DNA of 64,000 bases from an archaeon (GTDB taxonomy: Archaea; Asgardarchaeota; Thorarchaeia; Thorarchaeales; Thorarchaeaceae): NCBI GenBank assembly GCA_024276825.1, contig JAJRWI010000077.1, positions 14,502-78,501 of the forward strand. The letters run 5' to 3'. Positions 19,929 through 29,395 of this stretch are shown here, one piece after another. The notes beneath the pieces are model-generated. The model was not told where the DNA came from and did not search any database. It worked only from the letters and a program-made list of their open reading frames with translations. How positions within the stretch are numbered: position 1 is the stretch's first letter; each line of letters begins with the position of its first letter. A program made the translations under genes and the position numbers.

Positions 19929-20831
19929 ATGCGACTAGTCAGCTATTCCAATGGCAATGGAACATCTTTTGGCGTTGAGATTGGGTCAGGAATACTAGAC
20001 ATCCCTGAGGCCTTAAGTGTATATCATATTTTAAATGACAGACCCGGCCAGCCTCTTCCGAGAACTATGATTGACCTCTTGCGTATGGACTCGGGAATTA
20101 ATGCTATAGAGGAAATGATTAAACAGTACTTGGAGATTACTGATGAGATGCGACCCCCACTGGTCCCTCTTGATGAAGTCCGTATTATGGCACCAATTGA
20201 GCGACCAGGGAAGATTATTGCCTTGGGTTTGAATTATGTTGATCATATCAAAGAAACTGGTCGCGATGTTCCAAAGTTTCCTGTCATATTCGCAAAATTC
20301 CCATCTAGCGTTGTTGGACCCGATGCTGACATTAAGTACCCAAAGCTCACAGAACAGTTGGACTGGGAAGTAGAACTAGGTGTAGTCATTGGAAAGCGCT
20401 GCAAGGATGTATCCGAAGATAAGGCATTAGATTATGTTGCTGGTTATACAGTCATCAATGACCTCACTGCACGAGACCTTCAGAGAGGTGATGGTCAATG
20501 GGTGAGAGGCAAGTCTTTAGATGGTCTATGTCCCATGGGACCCTGCATAGTCACAAGGAATGAACTCGGCGATGGATCTGGTCTTAAGATGCATTCGAAG
20601 GTCAATGGTGAGATTAAGCAGGACTCAACCACATCTAATTTGCTATATAATGTTCCTCAGATTGTTTCATACCTCTCGGAGGCCTTCACTCTCGAGCCTG
20701 GTGATGTCATTGCTACCGGAACTCCCTCTGGCGTCGGCTTTGTAAGAGACCCCCCTGAGTTTCTTAAACCGGGTGACGAGGTTGAGGCCTATATCGAAAA
20801 GATAGGCACAGTACGAAACAGAATAGTCTAG
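19929..20831 (+). CDS. Fumarylacetoacetate hydrolase (FAH) family hydratase/isomerase.
   Basis: FAH-like motifs (IIALGLNYVDH, DWEVELGVVIGK). About 300 aa. Confidence 0.8.
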   Translation: MRLVSYSNGNGTSFGVEIGSGILDIPEALSVYHILNDRPGQPLPRTMIDLLRMDSGINAIEEMIKQYLEITDEMRPPLVPLDEVRIMAPIERPGKIIALGLNYVDHIKETGRDVPKFPVIFAKFPSSVVGPDADIKYPKLTEQLDWEVELGVVIGKRCKDVSEDKALDYVAGYTVINDLTARDLQRGDGQWVRGKSLDGLCPMGPCIVTRNELGDGSGLKMHSKVNGEIKQDSTTSNLLYNVPQIVSYLSEAFTLEPGDVIATGTPSGVGFVRDPPEFLKPGDEVEAYIEKIGTVRNRIV

Positions 20832-23110
20832 ACTGATTGAAAACTGATGATGACGCGATCTCTCTTCCTAAACTGGTGGATCACAGACACGACACCATGT
20901 GCTGGAGTTCTGAACTCCATTGAATTCCCGTTTATCATCACTGATACGGGACTGTAATTCTCGGGATATGAAACATGAATTTCCTCAACATGTCGTAGGT
21001 CCCTTGCAATTGACAATGTCAGCTTATTGGAGGACTCGTCCCAGTTTACATCTTCAATTTCCATAGCTCCTTGTGTGAAGTGTGCTGATGTGCCTAGAAG
21101 ATCAGGTCTTTCCAATACAGGCCTTAGACCTAACAGCCTGCATGAGTGTGATGGTAACTGTAAGACCTTAATCATCTCATGAACCCCCAAGTATTCCTGC
21201 CCCCAAAACTCGAATATGTGGGCTCTATCATCAACAAGCCCTACTCTTGACAGTGGTATTCTGAGGTCAATGGGTTCCGAAGTGAGATTGACCACTGCTA
21301 GAATGACCCATACTCCAAAACCGGTCTTAATCGGCAGGGCAAACAACCTTGGCTCTGGCTCATCCAGATAGTCAAGAGATATTGCACCCTGGTGGTAGAC
21401 TGGTAAAATCCGGTCGATGATATGAAGACGTTCATCAGAAACATCCATCATTCTATCACTCAACATTACAATTCCACCACTCATGGCAACAACGGTCGCC
21501 CAGAGGATGACCTCATCGATTGTCAGTTCATTGTCATCCTGACGAACCAGTATACAATCTGGATCATTTATCCAAAGCCTGTTATGCATTACAGCGCGAG
21601 TCATTGTGTTAATTGAACACTCGTAAACTCCACCGCCCCAGTCATACCTCCATGCTGTAGCGATATCAGTGCCAATCCTCATGGCATTTACGAAACCAAC
21701 GCATGGCACTATTGGAGCGCCGCAGCCAAGAATTATCGAGTCACCCACCGCCCGTCTAATCACATCAAGCCCCTTACGGAACAACGCTGCTCTGGTTGTT
21801 CTATCATCTAGTCTTTGACCTTCAACAACCGCATGATATAGAAAGTCAATCTTAAAGTAATCAAAGCCTACCCTCTTCAATTCTTTGAAGACTGACTCGA
21901 TGTATGCAAGCACTTCCATTTGTGTCAAATCAAATGCATAGTAGTTTCCAAGCCAAAGAGGGTTTTGATCCACGACAAGAGGATTACCATCATCATCCTT
22001 GACAAACCAGTCTGGGTGCCTCTTGAACACATCGGATGGCTCAGTGGCGATGAAAGGCGCCACCCAAATCCCTGCCTTGAAACCCATTGACTCTATTGTT
22101 CTTACTAGTCGTTCAAGCCCATTAGCAAATCGCTCGTTTGTAGTCCAATCGCCAACAGTCTTCTGGTATCCATCGTCCAGCTGGATCCATCTGATATGCT
22201 CTGGCAATCTTCGCTGCAGAAAGCGCGCATTCTCAATAACTTCCCCCTCATCAGGCTGCGTGAGATAGAAGTACCAGCTACACCAACCAACAGGCACCTC
22301 GGAGCAGCTGATTGCCTGCATCTGCATCATCATTCTCTTAACATATTCGTTCAACAACTGATAAGCATCCCTGCCGGCAAGAACGAGTAGTTCCTCTGTA
22401 GTCACAGAACTATCGACATCTAAGACAATGTCATCGAGATGACAGCGGTTCTTTATTCCTGTAAGTCTGCCATTGACATTATCATCTCCAATAATTCTGA
22501 TTGTGGTCATCTGATTTGTTGCAGTAGTATACCCAAACACAAGGGCATCACGGCTTCTAATGTTGTGCAACACCGTGTAGAAGTGACTAATGTTCTCACC
22601 CGCGTCGATATCCTGAATCTGACTCAATATCCATGAATGCAGCCCATTCTTGAAGTATTTTACATCACTACCTTTAATGCCCGTGATGATGCTATACTCG
22701 TCTAAATCAATCACAAGCTGATCAATGTGCTGCAATCTGATGGGCTCGCGCGACTGATTTCTTAGCTGTGTGATGCATGTGAATCCCCTCAATCCCTCAA
22801 CAATACTGATTCTCACTCCTAGCTCGATTTCACCACTCCTCGCCCGCAACTTGATTGCAATGACTTTTCCCCTTGGATCATCAATGTCAATCGTTGCAAA
22901 TGACTGATACTCCATCTGACGTGAGTCTATAATACCAACATTTGTCTCAATCTGGATGTGAGCCCCCTCAAAGTATGTCATAGAATCATTTTTGGAATAG
23001 AACGATAGGGTCCCCCCATTGATGCTATATGACACTCTCACAAATCTATTCGAGAGAACCAGTTCATCATCTGAAACATCCAGACTGCAGGCATTTTTTT
23101 CATCACTCAC
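20828..23110 (-). CDS. Glycoside hydrolase, GH36-like alpha-galactosidase.
   Basis: Motifs GWCSWYFY, IQLDDGYQ...GDW and the nucleophile-context FKIDFLY. 760 aa. Confidence 0.7.
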   Translation of the reverse strand: MSDEKNACSLDVSDDELVLSNRFVRVSYSINGGTLSFYSKNDSMTYFEGAHIQIETNVGIIDSRQMEYQSFATIDIDDPRGKVIAIKLRARSGEIELGVRISIVEGLRGFTCITQLRNQSREPIRLQHIDQLVIDLDEYSIITGIKGSDVKYFKNGLHSWILSQIQDIDAGENISHFYTVLHNIRSRDALVFGYTTATNQMTTIRIIGDDNVNGRLTGIKNRCHLDDIVLDVDSSVTTEELLVLAGRDAYQLLNEYVKRMMMQMQAISCSEVPVGWCSWYFYLTQPDEGEVIENARFLQRRLPEHIRWIQLDDGYQKTVGDWTTNERFANGLERLVRTIESMGFKAGIWVAPFIATEPSDVFKRHPDWFVKDDDGNPLVVDQNPLWLGNYYAFDLTQMEVLAYIESVFKELKRVGFDYFKIDFLYHAVVEGQRLDDRTTRAALFRKGLDVIRRAVGDSIILGCGAPIVPCVGFVNAMRIGTDIATAWRYDWGGGVYECSINTMTRAVMHNRLWINDPDCILVRQDDNELTIDEVILWATVVAMSGGIVMLSDRMMDVSDERLHIIDRILPVYHQGAISLDYLDEPEPRLFALPIKTGFGVWVILAVVNLTSEPIDLRIPLSRVGLVDDRAHIFEFWGQEYLGVHEMIKVLQLPSHSCRLLGLRPVLERPDLLGTSAHFTQGAMEIEDVNWDESSNKLTLSIARDLRHVEEIHVSYPENYSPVSVMINGNSMEFRTPAHGVVSVIHQFRKRDRVIISFQSV

Positions 23111-23170
23111 GAAAATACCTCGCCATATTAGGAATATAGTCTTGTATAAATCTAATCTGCTGACCTATTT

Positions 23171-23755
23171 CTACTTTAATTCTGATGCTTTTTGCATGGC
23201 ATGTTCTGCCTCTTCATACTCAAACAGGTGCTTATGTGCCCTTGCTAGCATCTCCCAGACCTCTTTGTCTTTGGGAACGAGGTCCAGATATCTGAGACAG
23301 AACCGTTTCATGTCTTCCCAGCGTCCAAGTTCCTCATAGCATCTTGCACCATAATACAGTGCCCTCCTATGGTCAATATCGGGGTCTAAAAGTCTGTTAA
23401 AGAGTTCCAAAGCATCCTCCCATTCTTCCAGATCATAAAGCTCCTTGCCTTCTCTAAACAGTCTTTCCTCAGCCTCATAGGTGCCCAGTTTGCTGGATAA
23501 TGTTCCAACTGAGGATGATGCCACGCAGCAGATGATCAATGTGTCCAATAGGATTGTGAATCCGATTGTGGCGCTCACGGGTCCCAAAAAAGTGATTATT
23601 TCAGCTATCTGAAGTATTGCAATAGTCATGCCCACTATAAAGATCACTATGACTATTTTTGCAGCTTTCAAATACCCTGAATCCTGCTTCTTTTGTTTAC
23701 TCATGAGAACTCGTGGTGTGTGTGTGAACGGTGGCTTTTTAGTTTGTGGAATCAA
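23171..23755 (-). CDS. Membrane-anchored TPR-repeat protein.
   Basis: Two N-terminal hydrophobic helices are followed by TPR-like repeats (ALELFNRLL...ALYYGARCYEELGRWEDM). Confidence 0.6.
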   Translation of the reverse strand: MIPQTKKPPFTHTPRVLMSKQKKQDSGYLKAAKIVIVIFIVGMTIAILQIAEIITFLGPVSATIGFTILLDTLIICCVASSSVGTLSSKLGTYEAEERLFREGKELYDLEEWEDALELFNRLLDPDIDHRRALYYGARCYEELGRWEDMKRFCLRYLDLVPKDKEVWEMLARAHKHLFEYEEAEHAMQKASELK

Positions 23756-23758
23756 GAA

Positions 23759-24403
23759 TCAATCAATGCCAGGCTCATCACCAACTTCTAGTTCCTTAGG
23801 TACCCCCTTCTTTTCTCGATATTCTCGATCAATCTCTTTGGATGCAAGTCTTGCCTTAGCAATGTGAATCCATTGTTCAACTCTCTCAGCTAAGGAGGGG
23901 TCTAGTTGGATTGCGAGTTCAGCATAAGCCACAGCTCGCTCATCATCTTCTTCAATGAAGTGCGCATTCGCCTTGTTGTAGAATGCTGCTGCATAATCGG
24001 GTTTCAGAGCAACGGCCCTTGTATATGCTTCAATTGCCTTCTGCCCCTCTCCCATGCGCGAATAGCAGTTTCCCATATTGTTCCAGAGTTCTGCATCGTC
24101 GGGCATTAGTTCTGCCGCTGCCTTATAGCATTTCAAGGATCCTTGAAAGTCTGCCATCTCATAGAGCAGGTTGCCCTTGTTGAACCAAATCTCAAATATC
24201 TGATTGTCAATGGCCAGAGCCTCATCATATGCTCTGATTGCCTCCTCTTCATGACCACTCTCTGCGAGGGCAATAGCAAGGTTGTACCAGCCCTCCACTG
24301 AATCTGGATTCTCTCTGACGAATTGCCTGAGGTCTACTACTGCCTGTTCATAAAGCCCCGCCTCTATTTTTCTAATAGCTCGGGCCATTAACTCTTCGCT
24401 CAT
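23759..24403 (-). CDS. TPR-repeat protein.
   Basis: Five or more TPR-like 34-aa repeats (WYNLAIALAESGHEEEAIRAYDEALAID..., WFNKGNLLYEMADFQGSLKCYKAAAEL...). Confidence 0.75.
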   Translation of the reverse strand: MSEELMARAIRKIEAGLYEQAVVDLRQFVRENPDSVEGWYNLAIALAESGHEEEAIRAYDEALAIDNQIFEIWFNKGNLLYEMADFQGSLKCYKAAAELMPDDAELWNNMGNCYSRMGEGQKAIEAYTRAVALKPDYAAAFYNKANAHFIEEDDERAVAYAELAIQLDPSLAERVEQWIHIAKARLASKEIDREYREKKGVPKELEVGDEPGID

Positions 24404-24454
24404 TTCATTGTTGAAACGACTACTCTATAGATAAAATTTCTGAAAGGTCGATGC

Positions 24455-24766
24455 TCATTTAGCCTTTCTTCGTGCAAAGATTGACAGAACTATCGCAATC
24501 CATCCTGCAAATGAGGCCTCAAAGAGGAACATGTCATAGACTCCTGTAATGCCTCCAAGCCACACTGCCGTGATCAAGTTGATTATGATACCAATTAATG
24601 ACACTCCTGCAGCAAGCCCAATCACGAACTTACCTGTGCCAACCTTGTCCCTTGTAAGCATTAGCCCACTTATAATGACACCAATTCCACCAAGGGCCTC
24701 TATGAACGCAAGGATATGCAGCGTAATGTTAATCGCTCCCTCAAATGGTGCTAGTTCGGGAAACAA
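24455..24766 (-). CDS. Small membrane protein (3 TM).
   Basis: Hydrophobic throughout. Confidence 0.45.
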   Translation of the reverse strand: MFPELAPFEGAINITLHILAFIEALGGIGVIISGLMLTRDKVGTGKFVIGLAAGVSLIGIIINLITAVWLGGITGVYDMFLFEASFAGWIAIVLSIFARRKAK

Positions 24767-24947
24767 TGTGGTAATGTTTCCCAGATATTGAAATATTCCA
24801 ATACTGCCAGTTCAAGATATATGAATGAATATTAAGCCTGCTAGCAATGCCAGAATAAATGATATGCGATTCTCTATCATATCACTAAAATATGCAACTC
24901 ATCGTCCTCTTAATTCTTGTTGATCGTTTAATACATTTAACATAGTT

Positions 24948-25760
24948 CTAAAACCGAGCTGGCTCATTAATGCCATATTCTTTCAGTATATTATAGGCAT
25001 CAGTCAATCGATATCCAACATCTCTGGGACAGTGAGCATCAGAGCCAATTGTGATGGTTTTTATGCCTCTGTCAATAAGCGCCTTGATTATCTTTTTACT
25101 TGGCATTGGTTCATTCTGTCCTTTTCTCCAAGATGATGTGTTGATCTCAAAACCCACATTATTTTTTATCATCTTCCTTCCAAGCTCATCAATATATTCT
25201 CTCCACAAGTCATTGACCTCACCACCATATATGTCCTCACCAAATCTTCTGTAGATATCAATGTGTCCCAATACATTCACAAACGACATAGAAGTGGCAT
25301 CAATTAACTTTGAATAATATAATTCGCCCATCTCTTCCAGAGTGTGTTTCTTAAATATGACATCCGCATGTTCTCTGATTGATATTGCAAGATGATCAAT
25401 CAAATGAACCGATCCAATAACAAGGTCAAAATCTGTGTTAAAGAACTGTTCTGGCAAGTTCTCTAATACTTCTGGATAGATGTCGACTTCTACTCCAAGT
25501 AGAACTCGCAGCCCCTTTTCATTATACTTGTCGCCAATTACTCTAATTGAATGCTCATAATGTTCTAGCCATTCGCCCTGACGAATGTCCTTTTTTATTC
25601 CATCAATTATTACATAAAAGTCGTCACCCTTGGGATCAGTATCGAGGTGTGTTGTGAATGCAATCGCTTGAAGTCTTCTATTCAATGCGGCTTCACAAAA
25701 CTCATCAAGAGTTCCTTTGGCATCAATGGAATACGATGGGTGAATGTGATAATCTATCAT
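24948..25760 (-). CDS. PHP-family phosphoesterase (histidinol-phosphatase-like).
   Basis: N-terminal DYHIHPSYS (H-x-H). PHP-domain length. Overlaps the upstream MFS gene by 4 nt. Confidence 0.7.
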   Translation of the reverse strand: MIDYHIHPSYSIDAKGTLDEFCEAALNRRLQAIAFTTHLDTDPKGDDFYVIIDGIKKDIRQGEWLEHYEHSIRVIGDKYNEKGLRVLLGVEVDIYPEVLENLPEQFFNTDFDLVIGSVHLIDHLAISIREHADVIFKKHTLEEMGELYYSKLIDATSMSFVNVLGHIDIYRRFGEDIYGGEVNDLWREYIDELGRKMIKNNVGFEINTSSWRKGQNEPMPSKKIIKALIDRGIKTITIGSDAHCPRDVGYRLTDAYNILKEYGINEPARF

Positions 25761-26968
25761 GGTGACTCTTCCAAATCTAACACTATTGCATTCTTGTCCT
25801 TCTCATCAATAAATAGTGCGGCGATTGTTGCAAGTAGAGAGGTGCCAACCAAGAAGAGTATTGATGCACCAAGTCCAAAAGCGTCTCCTATTGCTCCGAA
25901 GATAATAGGGGCTACTGCGCCCGGAACTGCACCAATTGAGAACAATATACCGAATGCGAGACCTCGCGCATGCTTTGGACTGATCTCGGTTTCAAAGGCC
26001 TGGTTTGGAGGAACACCGAAGAAGTAAAAGAATCCAATTGCCATCAGCACCATTATCAAGGCAAAATTATCAAGCGAGTAATTCAACATTAATAGAAATG
26101 GTGCCATAAGGCCAGTTGATATTATTATGAATGGTTTTCTTTTTCCAACCCTGTCAGATAATGGTGCAGATACGAACTGCCCAAAGAGACCTGTGACTAA
26201 CATTAATGTTGTGAGTGATCCTGCCCATATTGGCTCATAGCCGTAGCTCATAACTAGATACAATGGCATTAGTAGTGTGGTACATCTGAAAGGCATTCCC
26301 CGAAGTCCTGATACGACTAGAGCGACAACGAAGTTCTTTGTCCAACCATCAGGGCCATCCTGCTCGATCTCTTCCTCCTTAACTCTCTCGGTCTTAAGGT
26401 TCGCATAAATCATTAGCAATGCTATCGGAGCAAAAACAAGAAATCCGACACCTGCTAGAATTGTCAATGAGACTCGCCATAGCCCATATCGTAGCAGTAG
26501 GCCAACGCCAAGGATTGGGATCAGTGCCATGCCAATCAGGCCACCAGCCGCCTGGATCCCTGTTGCTTTTGCTCTATAATTCGTGGGAAATCTCTCAGTC
26601 AATGCAGGAAACGCACTAGGGTGATAGGGTGCAGCACCAAAACCCAACAGTGCCATGCTTACAGCAAGAAACAGAAATGATGTGGCAAGACTTGAGATGA
26701 GAATAATCAATGCGGTGATCAAGACACTTAATGGAATGAAGATGTCTTTCCAACCCTTATCAACTAGATGCCCGACAAACAGATGTGATATAGTCATAGT
26801 GACAATTGCGGCACTCGTCACAGCTCCTGCTTCAGTCAGAGTGAGATTCAACTCATTCTTTATCGCTGGCAAAAATGGTGCAAGTGCCCCTGTGTACATG
26901 TGATTCATAAAATGTGCGAGAACGCATGCAAGAAGTACTGCATAAGATGCTCTTGTCACTTTACTCAA
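25757..26968 (-). CDS. MFS transporter (12 TM).
   Basis: Two sets of six hydrophobic helices. TTG start at 26968. Confidence 0.75.
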   Translation of the reverse strand: MSKVTRASYAVLLACVLAHFMNHMYTGALAPFLPAIKNELNLTLTEAGAVTSAAIVTMTISHLFVGHLVDKGWKDIFIPLSVLITALIILISSLATSFLFLAVSMALLGFGAAPYHPSAFPALTERFPTNYRAKATGIQAAGGLIGMALIPILGVGLLLRYGLWRVSLTILAGVGFLVFAPIALLMIYANLKTERVKEEEIEQDGPDGWTKNFVVALVVSGLRGMPFRCTTLLMPLYLVMSYGYEPIWAGSLTTLMLVTGLFGQFVSAPLSDRVGKRKPFIIISTGLMAPFLLMLNYSLDNFALIMVLMAIGFFYFFGVPPNQAFETEISPKHARGLAFGILFSIGAVPGAVAPIIFGAIGDAFGLGASILFLVGTSLLATIAALFIDEKDKNAIVLDLEESP

Positions 26969-27066
26969 TGCCTAGTTCACTCCGCCATGGAGTGGCAGGC
27001 CATCCTTTAGTTAAAGATGATGATTTACGTCATTTTTTTTTTAAAAAAGCAGTGTGGTTGGATTTT

Positions 27067-27100
27067 GACTGATGATCCGAGAAGTCCCAGATCATCAGTC
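27067..27100. other. Perfect 11-bp inverted repeat GACTGATGATC-N12-GATCATCAGTC inside a 248-bp ORF-free spacer that also carries a T10A7 tract (27036-27052). Probably a bidirectional terminator or a regulatory element.
   Basis: Read directly. It lies between the protease 3' end and the MFS 5' end. Confidence 0.4.
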
Positions 27101-27216
27101 GGCATCCGTTCGACTCGGTTTTTTATTGCAATAGACATATGAAAATCCTCCTTTTAAAGCTCCGAAACAGCGCAAGTTAGGTGTATCTAAATACACTTAG
27201 ACAACCATTTCATCTT

Positions 27217-29184
27217 TCATAGCATGCCTGCAATCCATTGGACGATCTGATATGCTAGAATGTCATCTTCAATACTGATGTATCGGCCATTGAGTCCCCA
27301 ATTGTCAATAAAATAATTTGTTCCAGTGACTACAATACGTCCATTATTGGCACCCTCTAAGATTCCAAGAACTGGCAATCCCATATATGAAGCAACAACA
27401 ATTCCTTCTGAGGGGACCACGATAGGGGCTCCAAGGTAATCGAAGGATGTGACACCATCTGTTATTGAGTGAGCTGCTATATCCTCAATGCCTACAGGAT
27501 TATCATTCATATCAATGCGTGAATAATCCAAAGAAAAGTTACTCCATGCAAGGAACTCGTTCAATGAATTAACATCAAGAGTGTCATTCGATAATCCGAC
27601 CACAAAAATTCCTCCCCCAGCATCATAATATTCATGATATGCCTGTATCTCAGAATCATTGTATGTTAATGAAAACAAAACTGGATTCAAAGGGTCGGTT
27701 TCATTCACATCCCAAACACATGGATCCAGAACAACCACTGCATCAAACTGCTGAAGCAGGTCAAGGGTGATGTTTGTCCTGTAACGTATCTCGGTCACTG
27801 AAATATTATTATGAGTGAGTAATAAATAGAACTCCCTAAATTGACCGTATATCGAATCAATCGCCCATAGTGTATGTGAAATATCAAATGCAATCTTGGC
27901 TCTTGGTTCGGCTAACATGAACTCAAAAGTTGTTTTGACTTCTCCATATTCATCTGATGTGAAATGTACTGAACCCAGATGGCTTAAGATAAGAGGATCA
28001 ACCTCGTCTGGTAGATGCAGAGTGATCTGTACAAGTCCAGTCTGATTAATCGTGATTGTTTCAGGAAAGTCATAGATGTCCATGTCCGAAATATCACTGA
28101 TTTCAAAAGTTGTGTATCCCGATGAGAAGAGATGAATATTGAATGTATAATTAGTTCCATAGAACAATCTATCAGTGATGACGGGGAGTGTTTCCGGCAA
28201 GACATATGACATTTTGACCCTGCTATCTTCACCAATACTCGATTGCAGAAGGCTTAACGCACTATTCACATTTAATTTACCTGCACCAACAAAGTATGAT
28301 GGGGCTGATAACGGAGTGGCACTCTTCAAAAGCAATGTCATGATTGTGCCGGCGTTGTAGATTACATCATTATCCTTACAATAGGCAATCAACTGGGCTG
28401 CAGCTGCAGATACTCTTGGTGCAGCAAAACTTGTGCCATAGTAGATATGAGTCAGGTCCCGTGCCTCTCCAGTGGTTGAGATGTCAGGCTTTATGACTCC
28501 ATCATATGTTGGTCCAATGCTTGTATAGTATGCTGGTGAATCAGTAGAATCTAAGGCCCCCACACTAAGTGCATACACCGAGATTCCTGGTGTGTTTATG
28601 CTACTTCCTCCAAATCCGCTATCCCCCTCATTTCCTGCAGCTGCTACAACAATCACTCCTTTTGAGAAGGCATATTTCACAGCCTTTTCTAATGGGTCGC
28701 CCACTGACGGAGTTCCACCAAGACTGAGATTGATCACATCACTGTTCTCTTCAACAGCCCAGTAGATTGCGGCGCTGATTCCTGCAGTTGTTGCCATTCC
28801 ATCATTGCCCAGAACTCTGGCATTAATAATCAATGCGTTGGCATAGTTCTCAGCAATAGTCTTTGCCACCAATGATCCATGAGGAGTCCCATCTGGTTTG
28901 CTATCATTTGGACTGGAATCATCTACATCATAACCATATTGCTTGAGGACAAAGCTCTTTTCTGATACAATGTTGATACGACTGGAAAAAGTTGCATCAA
29001 CCCCCGAGTCAATGACTGCGATTCGAATACCCTGACCCGAACTGAAGGTGTTTGGCGTGATTAGTATTGATCCAGTCCCGATGACGATCATTATAACAAA
29101 AATTGCTGCGATGATCTTAATACTACCTGAAGAACCCTTTTTCCTAGGCGCGGTTTCCCATACTAAAGCCATAACTTGCACCAA
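27217..29184 (-). CDS. Secreted subtilisin-like serine protease (S8) with a C-terminal beta-rich extension.
   Basis: A signal/TM segment near the N-terminus. Catalytic triad contexts are AVIDSGVD (Asp), GTPHGSLVA (His) and GTSFAAPRVSAAAA (Ser). Confidence 0.85.
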   Translation of the reverse strand: MVQVMALVWETAPRKKGSSGSIKIIAAIFVIMIVIGTGSILITPNTFSSGQGIRIAVIDSGVDATFSSRINIVSEKSFVLKQYGYDVDDSSPNDSKPDGTPHGSLVAKTIAENYANALIINARVLGNDGMATTAGISAAIYWAVEENSDVINLSLGGTPSVGDPLEKAVKYAFSKGVIVVAAAGNEGDSGFGGSSINTPGISVYALSVGALDSTDSPAYYTSIGPTYDGVIKPDISTTGEARDLTHIYYGTSFAAPRVSAAAAQLIAYCKDNDVIYNAGTIMTLLLKSATPLSAPSYFVGAGKLNVNSALSLLQSSIGEDSRVKMSYVLPETLPVITDRLFYGTNYTFNIHLFSSGYTTFEISDISDMDIYDFPETITINQTGLVQITLHLPDEVDPLILSHLGSVHFTSDEYGEVKTTFEFMLAEPRAKIAFDISHTLWAIDSIYGQFREFYLLLTHNNISVTEIRYRTNITLDLLQQFDAVVVLDPCVWDVNETDPLNPVLFSLTYNDSEIQAYHEYYDAGGGIFVVGLSNDTLDVNSLNEFLAWSNFSLDYSRIDMNDNPVGIEDIAAHSITDGVTSFDYLGAPIVVPSEGIVVASYMGLPVLGILEGANNGRIVVTGTNYFIDNWGLNGRYISIEDDILAYQIVQWIAGML

Positions 29185-29395
29185 TCTGACTCTGGTCTGA
29201 TGTTCTCAACGTAAGAGCAAGTATACATGAACTTACCGCTTACATCATAATTGGCATGTTGAATCTTACTATACTGGAAACTTTGAAAAGGCATTCTTCA
29301 TTATGTCAAAATACTTGGGCTTATCGATGACAACTTAATTTATCTATGAGAAATACAAACAACAATAAGCCGATAGAGAGGGACAAACAGTGTCT

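Noticed and set aside
27101-27125. ccgttcgactcgg plus a T-run was checked as a possible tRNA fragment or T-arm.
   Set aside because: There is no cloverleaf and no conserved GTTCGAATC T-loop or acceptor-stem complement nearby. The whole window was scanned for T-loop-like motifs with no convincing tRNA.
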